From a virus, in the IMG/VR virus record IMGVR_UViG_3300044623_000784, positions 1 through 64,000 of that record: 64,000 nucleotides of DNA; one strand, given 5' to 3'. Positions 26,686-33,991 of this stretch are shown here, piece after piece. Position numbers and translations under genes: made by a program. The notes below the pieces were generated by a model. It ran no database searches. It saw only the letters and a program-made list of their open reading frames with translations, and had not been told where the DNA came from. Numbering within the stretch: the first letter of the stretch is position 1; each line of letters begins with the position of its first letter.

Positions 26686-27245
26686 TCTTCACCTATCTCT
26701 GTGTTTGGCATAATGTCAATTAACAAATGCACTCTGTCAATTTTGCTACTGTTTTCTACTGAGTGTACTCTTGAGTTGTTAATCTCCCAGCATTCTCCTT
26801 CTGACATGTTAATTTTTTCTGATCCAACAGTAAAAAAAGTCTGGTCTGATGTAATAATTGGTATGTGATGCCTTCTTGAGGAAAGCAAATACTCACCACT
26901 ATCAGAATGTGCAGAAATATTATGTCCTGCTTTTAATTTTATAAAAAGAACATTGCTCCTAATTCCATTATGCTTTAGTTCCAAGTCTTTAATAATTGGA
27001 TTAATCATGTCAAGTAGTGTTTTGTCATTGCTTTTTTCTTCAACAACAAGAGGTTCTCCTTGTTTCCAAGCAAGATTTGTTTTGTATACAAAGTAAGAAT
27101 TAGTGTCTTTGTGTGCTTGGAAAATATCTTGTCTTGATGTATCAATAAACCATTCATCAGAAAAATTATTAATATATTTTTGGATTGATGATATATCATA
27201 GTTTCCAAAAAAATTAAAGTTAAAGTTTTCTGACAACTTGTTCAT
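26682..27245 (-). CDS. aspartyl/asparaginyl beta-hydroxylase-like oxygenase
   Basis: HSD, RHHIPIIT, WEINN...HSVEN...RVHLLID. Confidence 0.85.
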   Translation of the reverse strand: MNKLSENFNFNFFGNYDISSIQKYINNFSDEWFIDTSRQDIFQAHKDTNSYFVYKTNLAWKQGEPLVVEEKSNDKTLLDMINPIIKDLELKHNGIRSNVLFIKLKAGHNISAHSDSGEYLLSSRRHHIPIITSDQTFFTVGSEKINMSEGECWEINNSRVHSVENSSKIDRVHLLIDIMPNTEIGEE

Positions 27246-27246
27246 T

Positions 27247-27522
27247 TTAACTAACTAATTTTTCTCGTTCGTCAACAATGCTAAGCGCAAAAGACATCAT
27301 CTTCTTATATCCTTCAGAACTATCCATAATCTTATTATAGTGATGACCACAAAACATTAGGTCTCCAGAGATGCCAGTTACCTGAACTAGAGCCTCCGCA
27401 CTACAAGAGTCACACCTATCCAATGGAGATAGTCTCCACTGCTTTATTTCTACTGCTTCATCAATCATTGTCTTCATAGTATACTGCCTATTTCTTTCTA
27501 TTATCAGTGGAATAAAATCCAC
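27247..27522 (-). CDS. small Zn-binding hypothetical protein
   Basis: DRCDSC...FCGHH...DER. Confidence 0.75.
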   Translation of the reverse strand: MDFIPLIIERNRQYTMKTMIDEAVEIKQWRLSPLDRCDSCSAEALVQVTGISGDLMFCGHHYNKIMDSSEGYKKMMSFALSIVDEREKLVS

Positions 27523-27673
27523 TACCGTTGAAAACTGCTCCTACATTAGAGTATACACGAACTAAGGTATGATTGCAAGTCTCACAGACATATCCAGGAT
27601 CGTTATCTTTTATTGAACGCTCTTTAGTGTAGCGTTTTGCACATGGCATGCAATCATATTCGTACAGTGCCAT
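27488..27673 (-). CDS. FmdB-family zinc-ribbon protein
   Basis: YEYDCMPC...CETC...FNGSGFYSTD. Confidence 0.88.
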   Translation of the reverse strand: MALYEYDCMPCAKRYTKERSIKDNDPGYVCETCNHTLVRVYSNVGAVFNGSGFYSTDNRKK

Positions 27674-27783
27674 GCGTTACTTCTTCTTTTTTGCTTTTAC
27701 TGTCCAGACTGGTGCATTGAGATTGTCTCCACCCCATTCATATCCAAGTGTTTTAACAACAAACCTAATAAATTTAATACGCA

Positions 27784-28002
27784 TTATTTTACCTTGTGTC
27801 CAAACTTTGCCCAGACTCTCTCATGTAGGTAATAGAATGTCATTTCTAATGCCATGTATGAAAGTGCATATAGTCCAACATACTCCCATTCAGCCTCACC
27901 ATAAATTATATGGCTTGCTGCAAATAAAATTCCAGAAACAAAAGTAAAATGTACAAATGGCCAACTGATTGTTTTTAGTACTGATTTCTTTTTAGATTCC
28001 AT
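27784..28002 (-). CDS. DUF2061 membrane protein
   Basis: MESKKKSVLKTISW...YYLHERVW; start reassigned. Confidence 0.8.
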   Translation of the reverse strand: MESKKKSVLKTISWPFVHFTFVSGILFAASHIIYGEAEWEYVGLYALSYMALEMTFYYLHERVWAKFGHKVK

Positions 28003-28640
28003 TATAGTGCTACCTGAGCCTTTCCTCCGCCACCAGATGACTTCTTTGCAGCAGGCTTTGCAGCCTTCTTTGGTGCTGGTGTTGATGTTGTTGCAGATGC
28101 TGTTACCTTGTTTAGTAGTGGAGCATTTTCTTCTCCAGTGTATACTGGACGACCCCAACCAACTACGGCGTTAACTAACTTCTTCTTATTGTTCTTCACA
28201 TATGCACGAGTCTTCTCAACACACATTCCGCCGTTGCGCTGATCTCCCTTTGCAGTTCCTGAAGTGTTTCCTTCAATAACTTGAATTGTTCCATCGCCGT
28301 TGTTCTTAATGCAAAGACCAACATGTGAAATACGATTTACGCCATCTTCTGGGAAATCAAAATAGATCCAGTCTCCTGGTGTTGGATCATCATTACGAGC
28401 ATCTGACCAACGCTCAGCCTTCTTAAACCAATCTGCTGCTGCTACTGTTGATGCAGACTTAGGGAATGACTTTACTCCCGCAGTAAATGCTGTCCAAGAA
28501 ACGAATGACTGGCACCATGGTTGGAAATTAACCTTGATCCATGCTCCGTACTTTGTTTCGTTATCTTTAGGGCCTTCAATTGTGCCCAATTCTTTTTTTG
28601 CAACCTCTATAATTGCTTCTACTGATCCTTTTGCAGCCAT
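28002..28640 (-). CDS. CHAP-domain endolysin
   Basis: PWCQSFVSW, PGD, SHVG, IEGNTS. Confidence 0.88.
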   Translation of the reverse strand: MAAKGSVEAIIEVAKKELGTIEGPKDNETKYGAWIKVNFQPWCQSFVSWTAFTAGVKSFPKSASTVAAADWFKKAERWSDARNDDPTPGDWIYFDFPEDGVNRISHVGLCIKNNGDGTIQVIEGNTSGTAKGDQRNGGMCVEKTRAYVKNNKKKLVNAVVGWGRPVYTGEENAPLLNKVTASATTSTPAPKKAAKPAAKKSSGGGGKAQVAL

Positions 28641-28696
28641 GATTACCTCCTTATAGGTATCTTTATCTTATTATATCACAATAGGCGTTGCCCTGC

Positions 28697-29284
28697 CTAT
28701 AGGGTTTCCCACTTAAAGTGTTTTCTATATTTTTCTAAATCAACAATATTTGGATCCACCCACCAATCTTCATGGTACTCTCTTACTACCAATGAATAAC
28801 CTAATGAATCCAAAATCTCTCTTTGAGCATCTCTCATTGCAATATTTCTCCAGTACATGTTTGCATCATGCTCAAATGTAATAACCGTAAACCTGTATTT
28901 ATTTAGCGGTACTGCAATCAATCCATGCAAAGATAGATAATGATTTCCGTCTGGCCTTCCGTTAAGTTTGTATCCAGAATCAATATCAACCTGCAAGTAA
29001 TCTATCTGATTAGGAAAATTATTTTCTTCAAAGTATTTAATGTAATCAAACTTTGTGGCATCTCCAAGGATGCAAGGGTTCTTTCTGTTTTCTGTTATTT
29101 CTTTATGTAGTTCTGGAACTATCTCAAAGGATACGCCATTCCAGTCAAACTCTGTTTCTAGTCTATATGTATTGCTACCATTTTTAGAGTGATATGCTCC
29201 TAGTTCTACATAGTATCCCCCAGTTTTTTGATCCATGAGGTCTATAACAAACTCTTCTTGTCTGCTTGTTGGTTGAAATTGCAT
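28697..29284 (-). CDS. FkbM-like methyltransferase
   Basis: YVELGA..GSNT, IDYLQVDID, ITFEHD, EDWWV. Confidence 0.7.
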   Translation of the reverse strand: MQFQPTSRQEEFVIDLMDQKTGGYYVELGAYHSKNGSNTYRLETEFDWNGVSFEIVPELHKEITENRKNPCILGDATKFDYIKYFEENNFPNQIDYLQVDIDSGYKLNGRPDGNHYLSLHGLIAVPLNKYRFTVITFEHDANMYWRNIAMRDAQREILDSLGYSLVVREYHEDWWVDPNIVDLEKYRKHFKWETL

Positions 29285-29308
29285 TGTGTTCCTTTCGGTA
29301 GTTTTCCG

Positions 29309-29381
29309 CTGCCCCACCTGGCCTCGATCCAGGGACATCCGAATTAACAGTTCGGCACTCTACCATCTGAGTTATAGGGCA
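29309..29381 (-). tRNA. tRNA-Asn(GTT)
   Basis: TGCCCTA/TGGGGCA acceptor, CCGAA-CTGTTAA-TTCGG; atypical T-loop (GGATCGAGGCC). Confidence 0.8.
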
Positions 29382-29385
29382 TAGA

Positions 29386-29410
29386 AGGCAGTTTTAGTCA
29401 TGCCCAGGAC
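29386..29410 (-). ncRNA. Repeated pseudoknot-like motif, copy 8
   Basis: GTC-CTGGGCAT-GAC-TAAAAC-TGCCT, 4 nt before tRNA-Asn. Confidence 0.7.
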
Positions 29411-29416
29411 ATTCGT

Positions 29417-30295
29417 CTAGTTGCGACTATACGAAACTGTATTAATTACAATCTTTGGAAGAGCATTAAAATACTCTTGAAAAGTTTTGTATGTATTATT
29501 TTTTAAGTATGTTGTTGCTGAAACAACTGTGGCTCCTGAAGATCCAGAAAGATTAAACTTAGCAGTAGGAATAGTTCCCTTGTAAATTTCTAATGCTCCG
29601 AATGTAACAATATCGAGTCCAGGACCTCTGTTTGTTGCTTTTTCAAGTAGCAAAGATGTGGCTGTAGTTAATGCTCCAACACCAATAGCCCCAGGAGTAC
29701 ATGCAGGCCAACCAATAACATCAGATCGAGCATGATTTCCTGTTGCAACAAATACTGGAATATTCTTTGCGTTTAATAAAGAAACTGCTCCAGTAGTGAC
29801 ATTGTCAAAGTTTGGACTATTTACATTGCATCGACTAAGGTTTCCTGTATCTACTGCAGCCTGACTAATAGATAGTGCGTCAATACTATACTTATCTGAG
29901 TTTTTTGATACCCAATCAATTGCAGCGACCAAAGACTCTGGTCTGTTTGCTGAAGAGCCTGAAGCGGTAACATTTGAGTATCTAATAAAAACAATCTTTA
30001 CGCTAGGATCAACCTTGAGCGCTGCCTTTGTCATCCAGTCTCCGTGGTGTGTTCCGTCATTGAGAGATTTTGGCCATACAACTGCGCTGGCTGCGCCTGG
30101 ACCCTCTACAAAGTTAGTCTTGTTTGGACAAGATAGGTTTTGTGAGAAACATACTTCATAAATAATAGATGAGAAATTTTTTGAATCAATGGCTGTGTCA
30201 ATAATAGCCAAAACCTTTTGATCTTGTGCCTGTGCTGGTGCAAGTGCTGTAAATGCAATTGCGATTGATAGTAGTGCTAGTAGTGTCTTCTTCAT
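29417..30295 (-). CDS. secreted subtilisin-like (S8) peptidase
   Basis: Signal peptide, AIIDTAID, HHG, ATGN, SGSSGAT. Confidence 0.8.
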   Translation of the reverse strand: MKKTLLALLSIAIAFTALAPAQAQDQKVLAIIDTAIDSKNFSSIIYEVCFSQNLSCPNKTNFVEGPGAASAVVWPKSLNDGTHHGDWMTKAALKVDPSVKIVFIRYSNVTASGSSANRPESLVAAIDWVSKNSDKYSIDALSISQAAVDTGNLSRCNVNSPNFDNVTTGAVSLLNAKNIPVFVATGNHARSDVIGWPACTPGAIGVGALTTATSLLLEKATNRGPGLDIVTFGALEIYKGTIPTAKFNLSGSSGATVVSATTYLKNNTYKTFQEYFNALPKIVINTVSYSRN

Positions 30296-30314
30296 TGTGT
30301 TCTCCTTGTTGTTG

Positions 30315-30533
30315 TTATTGTTTGATTTTTAAAACTACTTGGCAAGGGTCTCCGCCCTCTTCCCATTCTTGTTGTTCTTCATCTGTCATATAGGGATCTC
30401 CCTCATGAGTATTGCAGAACGGCTCTGTTACCCATCCCCGCTCAATTCCGTTTTCAAGCCAGATCTCAAACTCATCAAAGTCTGACTCTATGTTCTGAAT
30501 GTCCTTTAGGATCTCTTCAAATTCTTCGCTCAT
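30315..30533 (-). CDS. hypothetical acidic phage protein
   Basis: W...GI..GW...C.THEG.P...GGDPC. Confidence 0.8.
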   Translation of the reverse strand: MSEEFEEILKDIQNIESDFDEFEIWLENGIERGWVTEPFCNTHEGDPYMTDEEQQEWEEGGDPCQVVLKIKQ

Positions 30534-30548
30534 ATTATAAGTATACCC

Positions 30549-31073
30549 CTAAGCGCTTATGATGTCAACTGGTCCCATGCATGATGGGTTAAATTTAATA
30601 GCAGCATTTACTGCTTGCATTACTCTATTCCTTGCATTTTTCTGCTTATCTGTTGCATACAAAACCCCATAAGCATACTCTGCGCCAGAGCCCATGGCAA
30701 GATATGGAAGTGTGTACTTAGATAAAGACATATCTCCAGAACTGTGTTCATAGATGTTTCCACGAACTGCAATAATTAAACCAAGGTCTCCATCTTTAGA
30801 TGTGTCTACCCAGAACTCATTATAGAATTCACGCAGTTCTTTAATAAACCTTGTCTGCATAAACCTATCTGTATCTTTAATGTTAGGTGCAGTTGGTTTA
30901 AAGTTGTAACGGATTCTTTCTCCGTCCATTGATCCAGCATATCCAATTAAGTATGGACCTATCTTCCAAACCTTTGGTGCTTCAAGTGCTAGAATGGTAC
31001 CATCATCTGATGCTCCACGATCTCCAGCCATGTAAATTTTATCTTCATGGCGTACAACTGCAATACAGGTCAT
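30549..31073 (-). CDS. HslV/proteasome-beta-like Ntn peptidase
   Basis: N-terminal MTCI, AGD, K, AMGSG..YA.G. Confidence 0.8.
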   Translation of the reverse strand: MTCIAVVRHEDKIYMAGDRGASDDGTILALEAPKVWKIGPYLIGYAGSMDGERIRYNFKPTAPNIKDTDRFMQTRFIKELREFYNEFWVDTSKDGDLGLIIAVRGNIYEHSSGDMSLSKYTLPYLAMGSGAEYAYGVLYATDKQKNARNRVMQAVNAAIKFNPSCMGPVDIISA

Positions 31074-31150
31074 GACAGAGCCCTCTCCAGATAGGTGATA
31101 CTTAAGTATACCATTGCCTAGAGAGGGCTGTCAACTACCGTCAATAATGA

Positions 31151-31435
31151 CTAATTAGCCTTTTTGTCTACCGTCTTAAACGCATCATTGATCTCTGCCA
31201 ATGTGAGTTTTCCATCGTCCAAAAAAGCCCTTGCCAGTCTTTCAATGACTGTTGCTACGCCTAATAGTCCTGCTAAGAATACTGCCTGCATTGTGTCAAT
31301 TCCAACCACTGCCCCAGCACCAAGTACTGACAGACCAGATGCTGCAAAGACTGCTAGGATTCTCATTAAAATATTAGTGATTGCCTTTTGTGGGTGCTCC
31401 TTCTTAGGAGGCTCTACTACCTTTTTAGTTGCCAT
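31151..31435 (-). CDS. holin-like membrane protein
   Basis: Two TM segments then DDGKLT..EI; GGAGG RBS. Confidence 0.6.
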   Translation of the reverse strand: MATKKVVEPPKKEHPQKAITNILMRILAVFAASGLSVLGAGAVVGIDTMQAVFLAGLLGVATVIERLARAFLDDGKLTLAEINDAFKTVDKKAN

Positions 31436-31437
31436 GT

Positions 31438-31665
31438 TTAGTCCTCCTTTCTTAGCGGGATTGTGATAAGCCAGATTACTGTGGTTGCAAGTACTGCAAT
31501 ACCAACAATGTCTCTTGCTGATCCCGTCAAAGTTAGCCATGCAATAAAGAAGCCAAGGAGGGTAAATGCCTGTGCAATTAATTCCATTCCTGCATCTTTA
31601 AACCATTTCATTAATCCCTTTAGCATTTTGCCTACCAGGTTTATGGCCTTATTGATTATTTTCAT
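31438..31665 (-). CDS. small membrane protein
   Basis: Two hydrophobic segments. Confidence 0.75.
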   Translation of the reverse strand: MKIINKAINLVGKMLKGLMKWFKDAGMELIAQAFTLLGFFIAWLTLTGSARDIVGIAVLATTVIWLITIPLRKED

Positions 31666-33887
31666 TTGTTCCTCCTTATCATTGCCCCTGCAATTTGTGA
31701 TACGATGATCACTGGGACAATTACTTCTTGCGCTTTTTCTCTCTGATCATCTGTCATGTCGCTACCTAACTCAGAGAAATTAGATAGTAGTTCTACTGGG
31801 TCCACTGCAAAGACTGCTCCAAGTGGGTCTGCTAAGAATGCCTCTGTTTGTACCTCTGTTACTGCATCTGCTAATGTAAATGGCATTGGTGTATCCCCTG
31901 CTGATTCTGCTCTGTCAGTAAACTCAACAAATGCTTCAGCAAGTGCTGGGTTAGACTTCATCTGCTCAGCAATCTCTGCAACTTCTGACGGCTTAATACC
32001 AAGGTCTTCTGCAACTTCTACTTTTGCTTCTTGCGTCAATGCTTTAAGGGTTTGACTTACTGCTGTGACTTGTTCAGCAGAAAGTGTAACTAACTTATTA
32101 TCCTTGCTTGTAAGGTTAGCAATAACTCCAGATAAATCTTCTGCTGTTCCTGTACCCTTTTCAGGAATAAGTTCTGCTAAAACCTCATCTTTAACTTCTA
32201 CATCTGGCTCAGTCCATGGGTTTTCTTCAGGCTCAGGATCTGGTCCTGGTTCTGGTGAAGGTTCAGGAGTAGGCTCTTCTGTGGGTTCCTCAGTAGGCTC
32301 TGTAGTTGGTTCTGTAGTTGGTTCTGGATCTGGTGTAGGTTCTATTGTAGGTTCAGGAGTTGGCTCCTCTGTAGGCTCCTCCGTAGGTTCCTCTGTAGGC
32401 TTTGGGGATGGCTTTGGCGTAGGAGTAGGCTTTGTTTCCTCTGTAGGCTTTGGAGTTGGAGTTGGAGTTGGCTCTTCTGTTGGTTCAGGGCTTGGTTCCT
32501 CTGTAGGTTCTTCTGTAGGTTCTTCTGTAGGTTCTTCTGTAGGCTTAGGACTTGGTTCAGGGCTTGTTTCTGGAGTTGGTTCTGGAGTAGGCTGATTGGC
32601 TGCAGCGTTGGCTGCTGCTTGAGCAATGGCAGACTGAATTTCTCTTTGTAGTTGCTCATCATAGTAACGCCATGCGTCATCAATAGCATTATTTAAATCA
32701 ATTATTGACTGATTGTATATTTCTATTTTGCTATTCTTTAACTCTAAAGCATCTTCTGTATCTGCAACGGCATCAAGATGTTCCTGTGTCTTAGTTTGCA
32801 AAACCTGATTCATTGATGACAGTGTTGCATTCTCAGAGTTGTATACGCTTAGTTTGTCATTGTATACTGCCAACTTATTGTTATAGTTTGTTTGTGCTAT
32901 ATCCTTTGCTGCAACAGCATCATTGTAAGCATCTGTCTGTGCTTGGGTTGGTCCTGATCCAGAGGAAAATGTATTAAGATTACAACTAAAGTTTTGTCCC
33001 CACACTCTTGGATCTCCAGCATAGTCGCAGCCTGCTCCAGTCCATCCTCCAGGAATTGCCCATCCAAGATGATAAGATCCTGGTCCTCCACCGTTATACC
33101 ACCAAATCTCTACACTCAATGTTTTATCTTCGCTAACATCATATACTGGTGAATAATCGCTCCAAGTAGTTCCTTGCTCTATCCATTGATCTATTGCAAG
33201 ATTTCCGTCTACATACATTCTAAATCCATCATCTGTATATCCTGCAAAATATGTTGATGTGAACCAGGACGGTACTGTTATTTGACCAGTAAATTTAACT
33301 ATAAAGTTTTCGTATCTGTTACCACAAACTGGTAGTTGCATGTGGCTTGAGTTCCAAGTACCAGAACAAAGAACAGATCCTGGGGTAGCAACATTACCCT
33401 GTCTAACAAGAGTATAAACAGTGTATGCCAAACCTGTTCCTCCAGCACTCTGCATACTTGATTGAGTAGTTTGAACATTAATATTGGCTATGCTGAGAGC
33501 ATCCTGTGCATCGTTTCTTTCTTCAAGAGCATTGTCTTTATGTTCAAGGGCTAAGGCTACTGTGGCTGTCTGCCCATCCACATTTGACTGAGCAAGGTTC
33601 TTTGATTCTAAGGCTGTGGCTTCTGCTTCTACTGCATCTTCGTGGGCATCATAGGCATCATCTTTAAGTTCCTTCGCATTTGTGGCTGAGGCAAACTTAT
33701 TTTCTGCTATCTCTATAAGATCTATAAAGTTATCCTGATAGCCAAGGTCATCTACGCTATCGTTAAGTTCCTGTATTTCTTGGGCTGCTACTGTGAGTGG
33801 ATCATCAGAGTGGGCTTCCTGGGGGGCTATAAGTAGCCAGCCAAAGGCTAAGACTGTGGCCGTTACTATTCTTAGTAGTCGTTTAAT
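31662..33887 (-). CDS. secreted/membrane-anchored PA14-domain protein with Pro/Thr/Glu repeats; probable ATT start
   Basis: TDDGFRMYVDG..IDQW, WYNGGG (PA14); PTEE repeats; frame stays open 102 codons upstream of the listed start to a signal peptide. Confidence 0.75.
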   Translation of the reverse strand: MKRLLRIVTATVLAFGWLLIAPQEAHSDDPLTVAAQEIQELNDSVDDLGYQDNFIDLIEIAENKFASATNAKELKDDAYDAHEDAVEAEATALESKNLAQSNVDGQTATVALALEHKDNALEERNDAQDALSIANINVQTTQSSMQSAGGTGLAYTVYTLVRQGNVATPGSVLCSGTWNSSHMQLPVCGNRYENFIVKFTGQITVPSWFTSTYFAGYTDDGFRMYVDGNLAIDQWIEQGTTWSDYSPVYDVSEDKTLSVEIWWYNGGGPGSYHLGWAIPGGWTGAGCDYAGDPRVWGQNFSCNLNTFSSGSGPTQAQTDAYNDAVAAKDIAQTNYNNKLAVYNDKLSVYNSENATLSSMNQVLQTKTQEHLDAVADTEDALELKNSKIEIYNQSIIDLNNAIDDAWRYYDEQLQREIQSAIAQAAANAAANQPTPEPTPETSPEPSPKPTEEPTEEPTEEPTEEPSPEPTEEPTPTPTPKPTEETKPTPTPKPSPKPTEEPTEEPTEEPTPEPTIEPTPDPEPTTEPTTEPTEEPTEEPTPEPSPEPGPDPEPEENPWTEPDVEVKDEVLAELIPEKGTGTAEDLSGVIANLTSKDNKLVTLSAEQVTAVSQTLKALTQEAKVEVAEDLGIKPSEVAEIAEQMKSNPALAEAFVEFTDRAESAGDTPMPFTLADAVTEVQTEAFLADPLGAVFAVDPVELLSNFSELGSDMTDDQREKAQEVIVPVIIVSQIAGAMIRRNK
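32225..32592 (-). repeat. coding tandem repeats (EPTE/EPSP/PTP)
   Basis: Low-complexity 12-nt units. Confidence 0.85.
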
Positions 33888-33945
33888 TACCTTTCCCCCT
33901 TGCAGACGACATGTCTGATAGGATGATTATACCATTTTATTGCAC

Positions 33946-33980
33946 AAAAAAGGGGCTACCGTAATTGGTAACCCCTTTAA
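33946..33980 (-). terminator. intrinsic terminator
   Basis: AAAGGGGTTACC/GGTAGCCCCTTT stem plus T run on - strand. Confidence 0.7.
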
Positions 33981-33991
33981 TGTTGGACGAA

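Noticed and set aside
29184-29366. ORF overlapping tRNA-Asn, and the extension of ORF 28697 to 29338
   Set aside because: They run through the tRNA gene; the real start is at 29284 after AAAGGA.
32065-32595. + strand ORFs here and at 34050-34535 and 57750-58241
   Set aside because: Antisense shadows of low-complexity repeats in real - strand genes.
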